A stretch of 64,000 nt of DNA from Octopus sinensis (lineage: Eukaryota): NCBI RefSeq assembly GCF_006345805.1, contig NC_042998.1, positions 48,670,001-48,734,000 on the forward strand, written 5' to 3'. The position numbers were made by a program, and so were the translations under genes. Below, one piece after another: positions 1 to 13,425 of this stretch; positions within the stretch are counted from its first letter, which is position 1; each line of letters opens with the position of its first letter. The notes under the pieces were generated by a model. It saw nothing but the letters and a program-made list of their open reading frames with translations, was not told where the DNA came from and did not search any database.

Positions 1-43
1 AATGGGTGCCTGTAAGTAGGGTGGTGTTGGATAGGTTGGGTCA

Positions 44-116
<73 letters not shown>

Positions 117-189
117 GATATAAATAATATATATATGCATATATACATACATGTACATACTTACATTTATATGTATATACATATGCATA

Positions 190-850
190 TATGGGTACAG
201 GACATCAAGGAACATGAAAATCATGAAAAACAAGAACATGAAATACCAAAACATGGAAAACGAACTTTTTTGCGAACAACGAAAGAAACGTAGATAAGTG
301 AGACAGGCAACATGAAGAACAATGCTCCCTTCATCAGTTGTCTACTATTTTATCTACGCCGCATCTGGAACGTTAGGACAAGGGGCGTCTTCGTCAAAGC
401 AGTTGTTACCACAAAGTAAATTAAATAAAATTTGGGATTTGCAGAGGGTTAAAATTGGTAACAAAAACAGAAGAGCTAGATCAAATGGTAAGGGCTGTTA
501 AGCCATAATGAGGTGAAGTGGGGAACGCTGGAAAAACAAGCTTTGACAGGAGACAGACAAAAAGCGTGCTGTGTCTTGTAGCTTAAGGAGAAAGAAATTC
601 GAGTTAGAAGAAAGATGGCCGCTGGTCACGTGTGAGCAACGAGAGAGTCAAGGAGGAAGAGTAAGGGGGTGAGAGGGACAGATAGAGAACGGTGAAGGGG
701 AGGAAAAGAATTAGAGAAAGGGTGGGAGAGAAAAATAGAAAGAAAGAAGAAAAGAATCAGAAGAATAGATAGTGATAGAATAGTATAGCATCGGAATTAT
801 TAAGATAAAAGTTACTTGGAAACGGGTGCGTGGAGTTCGATCATATAATA
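190..850 (-). mobile_element. Non-coding PLE-type terminal-repeat family copy between (TA)n tracts
   Basis: Shares segments with 53070-53340 and 53935-54370 (aaaagttacttggaaaYgggtgc, gtcctgtacccat, CTGANGAAGGG box); no ORF. Confidence 0.55.
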
Positions 851-859
851 ATATAAATA

Positions 860-910
<51 letters not shown>

Positions 911-981
911 ATGCATATATACATACATGTACATACATACATGTACATACATATATATGTATATACATATGCATATATGGG

Positions 982-1039
<58 letters not shown>

Positions 1040-2458
1040 CATATATATACATATTATATATGTATATATATATATATAAGAGCGAAAGCGACATAGAACA
1101 TGCTTAAGAAAGCAATTGCTCCTCGTGGCTGACGTCGACTCACCACCAACAACAGCACAACCATCACCATCATTATCATAAATAAACTAAATTTTTTTTT
1201 TAAATTGTTTCATGTAAAATATCGTTTTTTTTATTATTCAAAATGTTGTTTTATGTGAATGATTGTTTTCCATTTATTTACTTATTTATTATTTAGATAT
1301 TGCTTTATATCAAAACAGAATAGTATTCCTTTCTGATGGTTTGCTAGTTTCTGGTTAATTACTGCAGAGTTCTGGTTTTCATCTATGTTTTCACAATAGA
1401 TAATTTTCGCATTTTATCTCTAATTATTGCCAGATTATCTCTTTGCTTGCGTATTTTTTTTAATATTTTTGTTTTACTGTAGTCTCCATTATATATTTGA
1501 TTCTCACGAAGCCTAGCCATTTTTCCCCCATTTGCTCAATCTCTCTCTATCGCTCGCTTAAATCTCTCTCAAATACATGAATCTATGTCTCTGTTTACGT
1601 GTATCTACGTATTAATATGTGATTTAAAGTATGGAGGATGCATACATTTATATGTTTATATGTGTGTGCAAGGGGTAACGTGTGCCTGTGTGTATGTGTT
1701 TGTGAGAGACAGAGGAAGTGTGAGAGGGATGGAGAGAGATGGAGAAACAGAGACGGAAAGGGAGAAAGAGAGAGAAGGGGAGAGGTTGAGAGAAAGGGAG
1801 TGTGAGAGAGGGGGAGAGTGAGAGTATGTATGCTTAATATTTTCTATGCGTTAGTAAGAATAGGCAAACTTAAATGATTGCTCAGTTCAGATAAACATCC
1901 AATTGCATTTTGCAAAGCAGAGGCGATGCGCTAATCAATACAGAATGTATATATAAACTCAGTCTCTCCGTACCCCATCCTTCCCTCTACATCTGGTGCC
2001 GAATATCGATCAAATCCCACACAACAACGCACACGCACGTACTCACATGCACATCCACATGCATCATTTGTATATATGTATATATATATACATACATATG
2101 AATATATGAGTATATACATACACACACACATACTCATATATTTAGATGTAAGCCAAACAATATATTAATCGACAAACAGTATTCTTTTAGCACTTTCGAT
2201 AGGCATGTACATCTATATATAGATCAAGTATTCTCTTATAACACATTCGTCACAGGAATCGTATATATATATACATATATATATATATATCATTCTAAAG
2301 ACTTGTGTGTCGTAAAAGACGATCCATCCATCTATACACACACACATATATATATATGTATATTTATATATATATATGTATATATATGTATGTATGTGTA
2401 AGTATATGTATATATATACGTATATATATGTGTGTGTATCTGTCCGTCTATCTATCTA

Positions 2459-2496
<38 letters not shown>

Positions 2497-2624
2497 TATA
2501 TATATATATATGCTGAGTCTCATGGGCAGCATTTCGCTCCTTTTATCCAAAGAGTATTTTGAAAACCACTATTTACACGTTAATTATAGCTTTATCTGCT
2601 TTGAGAATCACTTCCCAAAAAGAA

Positions 2625-2656
2625 TACACACACACACACACACACACACGTATATA

Positions 2657-2743
<87 letters not shown>

Positions 2744-2985
2744 CATATATACATATATATATATATACATATATACACATATATATATATATACATATAT
2801 ACACATATATATATATATACATATATATCCATATATACATGCATATGCATATATATATATATATATATATTATATAATATATATATATATATTATATATA
2901 CACATATATATACATATATATATATAATATATATACATATATACATGCATATGCATATATATATATATATATATATATATACACC
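2625..2985. repeat. (CA)n/(TA)n compound microsatellite
   Basis: Direct reading; source of the YIYI ORFs. Confidence 0.95.
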
Positions 2986-3223
2986 ACAAATGTGAGTGTG
3001 AGTGTGGTTGGAAATCCTAATACAACCCACTACCAGAAAAATATAAGCCACATCCATCCACAAATTCTTAATAAAGAGTTAACTCAATTCTACTGAAGTA
3101 ATAGAAAAATGTAAGGAAACGTAATCATAAAAGAAACTTTTATTTTTATTTCTCCTTGAGTATTATTGTGTAAAAATACACACATATCAATCAGTGCACA
3201 CACGCAAACACAGACGCATACGC

Positions 3224-3271
<48 letters not shown>

Positions 3272-3389
3272 GTTTATGTACATACATATATATATATACA
3301 TAACTTTCTACTTATTTACAATACATTTCAACGCTTCGAAAACAAACTTGTTTCTTTACATATGGCGTAAGATATATATATATATATAT

Positions 3390-3515
3390 AAAAATATCCG
3401 GAGTCATTCTTGTTGCTTATTTTGATTATAATCACCCCGCGGATTTTTATGGATAACACCATACAGAATTCTGGTGCATCTAAATTAAGTACCATATTCA
3501 TTTGAATCTAAATTT
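3390..3515 (+). mobile_element. Fragment of the hammerhead-bearing repeat family seen at 54520-55136
   Basis: cattcttgttgctt..gattataatcacccc..tggtgcatctaa..gtaccatattca matches the reverse complement of 54520-54645. Confidence 0.55.
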
Positions 3516-3524
3516 TTGCTGAAG

Positions 3525-3574
<50 letters not shown>

Positions 3575-3830
3575 ATATATGTATATGTATGTATGTATGT
3601 ATGTGTATGTATGTATGTATGTATGTATGTATGTATGTATGTATGTATGTATGTATGTATAACGCTATATATATATACATGGCATTTCTGCTTAAGTGAT
3701 AGATAGATAGATAGATAGATATTTTAGTAGGTAGATAGATAGATAGATATGTTGGTAGGTAGATAGATAGGTAAGTAGGTAGGTATAAATACATGTTTTA
3801 TAAGCCTTAAAACACACACACACCACATAA

Positions 3831-4320
3831 AATCATGTGGAGAATCGTGGAGTATCTAAGCCATATGTTAATGGATCTAAGAATCGCAACTTACGCATTG
3901 CAGAAAGATCTCATATTCTTGGATACACGAATTCCAACACACTTCTTAATTCCAGATCTGAATTTTTTAGCGGGTGTTAAGATATGGATAGTTTTCTTTA
4001 GTCGAATTGCAGGACACCACCCGCTCCAGGTTTTAATATATTTTCTATTATTCTGTTCTATACCAGCTGTATTAATTGTCAGGGAGGAAAGGGATATTAG
4101 TTTTCTTACTTCCGTTTCTTTATTCTTGTTCCGTTTGTTGCATCAACCTTCTTCACGTCTTTTTCCACCGTTTTTTTTTTCTTATTTTCTCACTGTCCAG
4201 CAGTCTTGTTTTTAAAATATATATATAACGCATAAACAGATCCGGGAAGATTAGTTGGAGTTACATGGCATATTTTGTAAATATACCTGATTAAAATAGC
4301 ATAAAAGCATGAAATTACTA
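3831..4320 (+). mobile_element. Penelope-like element, decayed GIY-YIG endonuclease C-terminus plus 3' region
   Basis: Frame from 3831 reads SKPYVNGSKNRNLRIAERSHILGYTNSNTLLNSRSEF (PY..GS..C.LC..E..IL...LLN.RSE pattern); 3' part recurs at 39400-39720. Confidence 0.7.
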
Positions 4321-4650
4321 ATATATATAGGTAAGTAGAATTAGCGTTTGAAATAACCTTCTAAGGGATAAGAATATCCGTTATTACTACCGGTATAAAT
4401 CACCTATGTTAACTCTGGGCATGGATATGCAAGCATATTGTGCTCATAGGATACAGGTAATAACAGAATAAACAAGAGTTTATCAGGAATCAAATTTAAA
4501 ATAAACAGAAAATGGAGAAAACTTTTGATCAACAAACAAATTGACTACCATCGGTTAATTATTTTTTAATACAAAACTTTAACATTGCTTACAACCGTTT
4601 CTGCTACCAATGTCAGTTGGTGCTTCCAAAACAGCAAATTATGAGAATAA

Positions 4651-5050
4651 TGTTCGCCATCTTTATGGCACATCCTATCTAGATTCGCTTTAGAATGGAA
4701 AATCCTCGCCTCTGCACCTTCGTACAATGTAGAAAATAAGAAATGCTATCTTTGCATTGATGAAAAATTCTTCATACTAACGGCACAACAACTATTACTT
4801 AACTTGAGGGAAGAGAGAGACCCAACCTGCTTGCACAACGCTAGGTTTACCTTCGCTAAATATAAATAGCATTAGAGACCCTTTACACTATCCCCACAAA
4901 TAGCACCCAGGGCCCTTCAGCACAGAAATAGTAGTTCTCGATATTGAATAAGGGCATATATTAACCCCTAAATTAAAGTTAGATTAATAGTATTACACAA
5001 TTGGGTCCCTTATGGAGGATCCAAGAGTAATATTTCCATAATAACTAAAT
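4651..5050 (+). mobile_element. Penelope-like element, GIY-YIG C-terminus plus 3' region
   Basis: 4651-4869 reads SLWHILSRFALEWKILASAPSYNVENKKCYLCIDEKFFILTAQQLLLNLREERDPTCLHNARFTFAKYK*. Confidence 0.75.
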
Positions 5051-5063
5051 ATATATATATATA

Positions 5064-5395
5064 TATATTGCAAATAAGAAAATGGAGAAGCACATTAGTT
5101 GGTTCATCAACTTTAAGACATTAAACGTTGACTTATTTATCAAAACGACAACCATAATAACATACATACATACATATAGTATATTATTCTATGCATATAA
5201 GATAAGAATACAAGCAGTTATTAAAAAACATGAATATAAATTTGCTTGTATTCTTATCTTATATGCATAGAATAATATACTATATGTATGTATGTTATTA
5301 TGGTTGTCATTTTGATGAATAAATAAGTCAACATTTAATGTCCTAAAGTTGATGAACCAACTAATGTGCTTCTCCATTTTCTTATTTGCAATATA
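5064..5395. repeat. Long inverted repeat, about 152 bp arms with 28 nt spacer
   Basis: 5064-5215 is the near-perfect reverse complement of 5244-5395; the same peptide appears on both strands of the ORF track. Confidence 0.95.
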
Positions 5396-5565
5396 AACTA
5401 ATGGTAATTTTTTTTTCTTTACCTTCACCCATTTAATACAATAAGTAAGTTAATTGCAATGTAATTAAAAACACTTGTGTATTAATAATTGGGTATTATA
5501 CCAACAGTATACTGGATAAATATTATCCCTTAGTGGATTAGACCCACGACCCCCAACTTCCTTGG

Positions 5566-5596
<31 letters not shown>

Positions 5597-6639
5597 CAAT
5601 TTCTTCTTAATATAACCCTCTCACCCCCATTAATAAAGCCAGTTCTTTCAACTATGAACCTAATTTAGAATACAGAGAGCATTCGTACTTAATTCCCATT
5701 AATTAATCTCCCCCTTTGAGAGCCTGTACCTGCCATCTCCGCTAAAACTGTACTTGCAACTAATTTTAATTAACTGCACCTTTTGCACCATGGAATAGCT
5801 TGTTTTTTATTAGCTTCAATCAGGACCAAATTTTCAGCCAGTATACTGGCCTACCTCCAGTTATTGTGGTGGACCCCATTAGACCTGCCTATTTTGAAAC
5901 ACCCCACCCACGTAAAACATAACTTAATTTTAACAACTTAATATTAACTGCACACCTCTCTAGATTGTATTTATTTGTACTAGGCATTGCAGTAGACGCT
6001 TTCGTATGAGCATATTGTGTATGAAATGAAGTGAAATTTTGTGGTAGACCCCATTTGGTTGCACCAAAGCAAGGGTTAATATAACAAGTTTAGTATTATG
6101 AACAATATAATATTAATACTAATATATATCAAGTAGGACCCTGAATTTGTAACCATGTTAGTAATTAGCAAGTGATTTAACTTGTAATCGTTTAACTATT
6201 TTGGGGTTTGTGCTTTTGCCTTCTCATATGTCTAATAGGCAGAATTTACTCAGGAACGTTTAAACATTTACTTGTTCGTCTAGTATAACCACCACTTGGA
6301 ACTATGCTGGCTATTTAAGATGTTAGATTTAGAATTATAATTTGAAGGTAAATGTACTAGCAATCACCTCCCCTGACGGTAGTCTCCCCTCAACTGTTAG
6401 CTATTTACTGTTGTACGGTTGCTCGTATTTATGTTGAGATGGTGTATAATGACACAAGCGGCCTTGTGCCACTTATGGCATAGACTACTCCCCCGCACCT
6501 TTTGACACACACGCTCACACAGCGAATTAAATAGATACTTTGTGTTTATAAGAATGAGAAGGTTGCGGTTAATTCATCCATACATTAAGGTAAATAATGG
6601 TTATTAATTTAGTTAATACTCAAATTCATTCCCACGGCA

Positions 6640-8560
6640 TTGTGCAAAAATGCATTTATAAGCATGCAAGCAAAAAGTTACAGAAATCCTAATAATATCT
6701 TCTCACTAGTCTACAAAATAGACAGTGATTCTTCGGAGCAGAGTCTGAATCTCCTGGAAAAGATATACGGTTGTGTGTGTCTTATTATGGACCAAGTTAG
6801 CTCATATTTAATTTTATTCTCCTTAAGTTGCCACATCAAATCAACCAAAGATGTCGAATGCCTCTTGGAGATTTTCTTGAAGCTGGTGACTTGGTTGCGA
6901 TAACGATTCTTGAATGAATCAGCCGTTTCCCCCCAATGTAAAGTACGGTCGGCTCTCATCTTGTGTGTACGGTGAATTTATATACTAGATTGATGCTTAT
7001 ACAGAGGTTTATCAATGGGCATTTTGTTTTTTCTCTACATGAGCATTTACTAAATTTAGTTATTTGTATAGTGCTGACTTCATTTTCCGATGCTGTTACC
7101 GTGTTGGCTATACCACTATTATTGCTGCTATCAGGATATGGCTGCAGCAGGTGGTTTTCGTTCTGTTTGGTATTTCTTTTCTTGACGTTTTGATGAATAG
7201 ATTTGCTGTTGGAAATTGTTCGCCTTTCATAAGTCATAATTCCAGTAGGTGGGTTATTCAACAGTTAGGTCGTTTTAATGTTATTAATGCGGTGAATATG
7301 CTACTCTAAATTAATAGCGTTAGCATAAGATAACTTCACTGTGTGTCTATCAAAAATAGCACGGTATCTATATAATTTGAGGAATCATTTGTCTAAAGCG
7401 GCAAAAAAATTACTTAGCAATCTTCGTCGAAACATGTGAACAGTGGGTTGAGTTGTACCAGAAGACATCACGATCCTTATACTTGTTGTTTGGTTTATTA
7501 GTCTGGTGTGTTGTACAGAGTAGAGCAGTAGTATGATAGTGTTGTGTGTGTCTATGAGTTTCGGTTTGAAGTTTATTGCCTTGACCAATTCTTTTTGACC
7601 TGTACTTTCTATCTAAATCTGTTCGCTTACTATAACGTTGTGTTGGTGTGTAATGTGTATTATTAGTGGAGGTATTGGCAGATTTGTGTATATCTGTATC
7701 TTGTATGTATTGTATTTTCTCTCGGTAACCATCTCTAGCTAAAGCAATATTATAATAGGGTGCATGTGATTCAAAAATTACTTTAATAACAGATGACTAC
7801 ATATTCTTATTGAAATGTTCCTAACTAATCCCCGTATTATTGAGGATGCATGGTTGCATGCTACATTTATATATCTAATATTATCATTTGCTTTATAAAA
7901 GGGTTCATATATTCCAGTATCAAGAAAAAGGTGGCGTCAAGGATGTTTATACTACGGTAATCTTTTTCTATAGTAATGTTGAGTCCTAAAGTCTTAAATA
8001 ATCTAAAGAATTGTTTCCTAAGTCTTTCTAGTTGTACTTTACTACCTCTATCCTGGAAGAATAGAGCGTCATCTCTGTATAGACCTCCTGAAATTTTCGG
8101 AAAGGAAGACTGGTCTAACGAAAGGATATATATTCCGACCAAGTTTGTGACTTGTGTAGAGTCGCATGATTCCATCGCTATATCGAAAACATTCTCATTT
8201 ACAGAAGTGGCTTGCGCCGCAAGTATAATGTTTCTTTCAGGTCGGGTCATATCTAAGTTTTTCATACTGTAAATCAGGGCTCTGTTGAGGACGATCGGAC
8301 TAATAGTGGTGTAGTAACTCTCCTAATCTAGTTGTAAGAATTTACTGGTTTTGTTAATTTGATGCTTAAAACATTCAATTTCCTTTTGTGTATCCGACAC
8401 ATTTTATCTAGTTTCGTTATAATATCATTTTTGATAACCTTAAATTTTATCTTTATACAACATAACAATATTATTTCTAAACAATCACCCATAGTACCCA
8501 TGATAAAATTTCCTCTGTATTAACATCACAGGTTTTATTAGCGTCTCGCCCCTTTAACTA
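6640..8560 (-). mobile_element. Penelope-like retroelement, decayed RT-thumb-GIY-YIG
   Basis: RT motifs LQLD*ESYYTTISPIVLNRAL, DSTQVTNLVGIYIL, GLYRDDAL; endonuclease FKNRYRNQVTSF..RHSTSLVDLMWQLKEN..LTWSII..PY..RLCSEE. Confidence 0.85.
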
Positions 8561-8926
8561 GTAATTAACAGCTTGATTTGGGGTCTTCCCCTACCCAGCC
8601 TCCTTTATAGACAGTTACTTTATACTGCTACTAATATTTATGACCATACCCAGCTATGTGCTGTCAACTCACTCCTGCCCTCCATTCTAAACAGACACAG
8701 TCCTCTAGCCTTCGATTTAGTAGTCGATAAAAATACTAATAAATTAAAAATGAACCACAATCCATTACAAGCGATGACCCCAACAAACTTCATACATTTC
8801 TTGGAAGTGTAGTATATTCTTAGCTACATAAGTGGCAACATGGATTCTTTCCATCTTCTTGCTCTACTAGAGTAAAATTATATTAATGTGTCCAACTAAT
8901 TAAAAATTCTGTTTGTTTATTTATTT

Positions 8927-9013
8927 ATGCAGCCGAGGATAGCTCTACATTTAAATTGAAGTAATATTGCATTGTTCAATTAAATGGAGCCGCTTGAAAC
9001 GGTCGTACTGCAT
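8927..9013 (+). ncRNA. Type I hammerhead ribozyme motif with long stem II (U4C core change)
   Basis: Stem I ATGCAG/CTGCAT, core CCGAGGA, stem II AGC..CATTTAA/TTAAATG..GCT, GAAA, stem III ACGGTCGT, GUA site after 9007. Confidence 0.65.
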
Positions 9014-9037
9014 CACCTCTTGATATCCTGTTGCTTA

Positions 9038-9076
<39 letters not shown>

Positions 9077-9635
9077 GTGTGTGCGCATGTGTGTTTATTA
9101 AACTTTTGGGAGAATATTGAAGAATTGTGGCGGGCTTGAAACCAAAGCTGTTGTAGTATCTGATCCTGTATCTTACAGGCAATATTGGGATCCTCGACAC
9201 TATGCAGTGGCGCACCGTTCTGGTGTTTGTGTAATTTTCGAAATAAGAATTTTGAAACACATCGGCCAACAGTTGGAATTCAGCTTGGGACTTGAACATT
9301 AGAACGATTGCATGACAGAATTAATTCTCATCCGTCCATAATCCCCTATCAAACACCACCGGGACATATAACCATTACAGACGTATTATAGTCGTGTTAT
9401 TTAGCCGCAGATCCAATTAACCTTCCGTAGGAGCCAGTGTAAAAGTCCGTACGGAGTGCGGGTTTCAGCTAGTTGTCAAAAGAAGTAAACACAATCTTTA
9501 CATAACATCCAGATTAAAATGTAAACACAAAGTATACATAACATCCAGATAAATGTATAAAGTTCACGGATTCATCCTTATACATTAATCTGCCAAAGAC
9601 CATATAAAGCCAAAAAAACGCAAGTAAATCACTGG

Positions 9636-9675
9636 CTGACGTAGGTTAGTAAGCCGAAACTTCAAAGTCACTGTC
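9636..9675 (+). ncRNA. Degenerate hammerhead motif
   Basis: CTGACGT-A-GGTT agta AGCC-GAAA-CTTCAAAG-TC; A9 mutated and stem I does not pair. Confidence 0.35.
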
Positions 9676-9913
9676 AACTCTTTCTTTATAAAGGTTTGAT
9701 AAACATGCACTCTCCCCCCCCTCTCTCTCTCCCTCTCTCTCTCTATTTCACTATAAGGACAGGAAAAGCTATATCTTGGTGTAGATCGGTTTAGCTCTGT
9801 AGTATATTGAGCTTTTTACATAAGACGTCTTTAAAGGGATTTTCCCAGACAATAAGCAGCAACCTCTGACGTTTAAACAACACACATACACTTAGTATGT
9901 CATATTCTTTTAT

Positions 9914-10024
9914 CCTTTTATTCTTTTACTTGTTTCAATTATTTGACTGCGGCTATGCTGGAGCACCTCCTTAAAAGGTTTTAGTCGAACCAATCGACTC
10001 CAAGACTTATTTTAAAGCCTAGTA

Positions 10025-10027
<3 letters not shown>
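9914..10027 (-). mobile_element. SINE family B, 3' fragment
   Basis: ttgactgcggctatgctggagcacc..agtcgaaccaatcgac matches the tail of copies at 40334-40823 and 56395-56801. Confidence 0.75.
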
Positions 10028-10106
<79 letters not shown>

Positions 10107-10108
10107 AC

Positions 10109-10159
<51 letters not shown>

Positions 10160-10169
<10 letters not shown>

Positions 10170-10278
10170 TGTGTGTCAATAGCCAGCTAGAGGAGGTGTC
10201 TTCCTGGGGCTACAAGCTACAGTAGCATCGACCCTTAAGGGTTAGCCACATTTAAATGGCAAATATACTTCACGATAT
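10160..10278 (-). mobile_element. Copy of the 356-nt hammerhead repeat family (see 53399-53870)
   Basis: Reverse complement of gtgaagtatattt..gctggctattgacac. Confidence 0.8.
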
Positions 10279-10320
<42 letters not shown>

Positions 10321-10322
<2 letters not shown>

Positions 10323-11350
10323 AGATAAATAAAAATATATGCATACATACAAACATATATGTACGTACCTACATCTACATGTATATATACATGCATATAT
10401 AAATAATTATACGGAAGTACACATCACAATAAGACGTAGAAACAGAAAAAGCCAAAAAACAAAAAACAAGAAAACGGAAAACGAAAACCAAATACAGGAC
10501 AGGTTACACAAGGACAAAACCCCCGTCATCAGCTGTCGCTAGAGGAGTCAGGCATGTTTCGAAGGCATAACAGAACACTAATCCAATAGGCCTTCCTGCG
10601 AGAGAATTAAAATAAAATTTCAAGCAGCGGGGCACAATGAGTACGAACACAAACAAGACGTAACAATAAGACTGCAAAATTAAAATACATGTACAAAAAC
10701 AAACACAAGAGGACGAACGAAAAAGCCTTTTTTCTGGCATAGACAAACATAAAACTGCAAAAAATAAATACATGTACAAAAAGTACAATTAGTTACAAAA
10801 CGAGAAAATAACAAGAATACTATACAGGAAATTAACCACACAAGGGGACGAACGAAGAAGCCTTTTTGCTGGCAAGGACGAAAGTGTAGTAGCAGCGCGT
10901 GGAGGCAGTCTTTTCAATAGTGGTAACCACGTGTAAAGGAATTTTGTTTTATAGGCAGGGAAGAGGAAGGAGGAGGGGGACACGCGGCGAAGAGAGAGGA
11001 GGAGGGGGAGGGAGAAAGATTGAAGAGGTTAAAGCAAAGGGAGAGAGTACCGCATCTTCAATATAATAATATTAATATAAAAAAAGGGGACCAAGAAGTG
11101 GATCGAAACGACGAATCGGAACGAACCTGATGCGGGGCGCTGTCAGACAATAAGGAGATAAATAAAAATATATGCATACATACAACATATATGTACGTAC
11201 CTACATCTACATGTATATATACATGCATATATAATAATTATACGGAAGTACAGGACATCACAATAAGACGTAGAAACAGAAAAAGCCAAAAAACAAAAAA
11301 CAAGAAAACGGAAAACGAAAACCAAATACAGGACAGGTTACACAAGGACA
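10321..11350 (-). mobile_element. Non-coding element with 196-nt direct terminal repeats inserted in (TA)n
   Basis: 10321-10516 repeats at 11154-11350; (TA)n on both sides; related to 53935-54370. Confidence 0.8.
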
Positions 11351-11419
11351 TATATATTATATATAGATATTATATATATATATATATATATATATACTTC
11401 TATATATATATATATATAT

Positions 11420-11705
11420 CGTGAAGTATATTTGCCACTTAAATGTGGCTAACCCTTAAGGGTGGATGCTACTGAAGCTTGTAGCCCCAGGAGAACATCT
11501 TCTCCAGCTGGCTATTGACACACTTTCTGTGCCCTATCATTATTTGCAAAGGGAAGCTATCCTTCTTATTTCCAGCCTGACGTGATACACACAGACCCGA
11601 GTTTCTATAGGGCACAGCCAGCTGGAGGAGGTGTCTTCCTGGGGCTACAAGCTACCCTTAAGTGTTAGCCACATCGACCCTTAAGGGTTAGCCATATTTA
11701 AGATG
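11420..11705. mobile_element. Fold-back copy of the 356-nt hammerhead repeat family
   Basis: 11420-11605 matches 53399-53583; 11606-11705 is an inverted partial copy. Confidence 0.8.
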
Positions 11706-11777
11706 TCATGCAGCTACTGTTTATACCTCGCTCAGAGATTTATTATATATATATATTACATATATATATATATATAT

Positions 11778-12121
11778 AGGTCAACTTGCACAGCATAGCA
11801 AGTGACTTGGTCTGAGATCGTATACTGAAACAAAAACAATTGCAGCGTGGAAGGTGTTTATAAGCTATTCAAAAACCACACAAAAACCGTTAGATTCACT
11901 TAAACATTTATATTTAATTTGTAAAAATATTTTCATCGTTTTGAAACCGGGACCTATTCACTGACAAAATTCAGTGATGCAGCACGGAATTTTGTCAGTG
12001 AACAGGTCGCGGTTTCAAAGCACCGGAAATATTTTGACAAACTAAATTTAAATGTTGAAATTAGTCTAACGGTTTTGTGTGTTATCTTAAATGGCATATA
12101 AACACCTTTCCCACTGCAATT
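11778..12121. mobile_element. Palindromic pair of a PLE-type terminal repeat carrying G3-variant hammerheads
   Basis: 11838-11972 is the reverse complement of 11987-12121; same family at 12715-12930 and 15270-15472. Confidence 0.85.
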
Positions 12122-12162
12122 CTACACACACACGCACACACATACATACATACATACATACA

Positions 12163-12225
<63 letters not shown>

Positions 12226-12730
12226 TATATAACATTATATATAATACATACATACATACATACATACATACATACATACATACATACATACATACATACG
12301 CACATACATACATACATACGAACAATAGTAAAACATTAGTTCTGTGATATAGAGATAAAAATCTGATAATAGATTTTAGGGTATAGTTCTTGTGAGCAAG
12401 CGTCATAAATTCACTTTCTAGCCTCGGCCGTAGGAGTTGAAATTTGATAGCGTTGTGATGAGTGGTCACTCTACATCCATCCATTGCTACAGGTTTATAA
12501 CTTTATGTTTTATAGAGTGTATGTGCGTGCTTATACACACACATACATACATACATACATACATACATACATACATACATACATACATACATACATACAT
12601 ACATACATGCACACAGGCATGTGCGTACATGCATACGTACATACATACACACATGTATGCATACATACACTCATACATACGTACATATATATGACGAACT
12701 AACTGTTACTTTCTTAGATGCAGCACGGAC

Positions 12731-12780
12731 TTTGTCAGTGAACAGGTCGCGGATTTTAGCGACGAAAATATTTTGACAAA
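12731..12780 (+). ncRNA. Type I hammerhead motif with G3-C8 swapped core
   Basis: TTTGTCA / GTGAACA-G / GTCGC ggatttta GCGAC / GAAA-ATATT / T / TGACAAA. Confidence 0.7.
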
Positions 12781-12939
12781 TTAAACTTAAATGTTGGAGT
12801 GAATCGAACGGCTTTTGTGTGTTTCTTAAATGGCTTATAAAAACACCTTCCTCGCTGCAATTGTTTTCGTTTCAGCACACGATCTCAGATCAAATTACTT
12901 GCTATGCGAGTACATCTCCGTAATATATATATATAATAT

Positions 12940-13012
<73 letters not shown>

Positions 13013-13169
13013 GTATAAAAACGTATGAATTATTACAGGGCGTGTTTATTTTGTGTTGCAATAACATATATGTGCTGAATACACCAATATGAATCTGCTG
13101 ATATAGGTTTGTCATATGTAATGTAAACAGGAATATATTAACCTAAAAAATACTGCTGCGCAATTTACT

Positions 13170-13425
13170 CTATGGCTGATTGTACTTGACCGCCCACTCT
13201 TTCCCAGAAAGTTAATTACATCAAGCCTCTAGGCCTTGATCTTTAATCCTACTTACCCGAAGAAAAATGTCCCTGATGAGATCATCGCTCTATCTTCTCC
13301 GAATCGGAGATGGGTTAGTTGCTCGCCATTCATGTTCACGCCACCTGTCCAGTCGATGTCCTTGATGATTATTTCTAGATATGCGGTAAAGAGCTTTGGA
13401 TTATTTGTAGAAAAGAGTCTAAAAT
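13170..13425 (-). mobile_element. RTE-type LINE reverse transcriptase fragment (second copy about 15725-15975)
   Basis: Minus frame reads PKLFTAYLEIIIKDIDWTGGVNMNGEQLTHLRFGEDRAMIS. Confidence 0.7.

Noticed and set aside
1078-1125. GAA plus palindromic AGCAATTGCT plus C and a 3-bp GAG/CTC stem
   Set aside because: The 5' core (CGAAAGC) is too far from CUGAnGA and stem II is not convincing
2180-2265. Minus-strand GTGACGA ... GAAAGTGCTA hammerhead-like boxes
   Set aside because: Stem I has two mismatches, stem II does not close next to GAAA, and G3 faces G8
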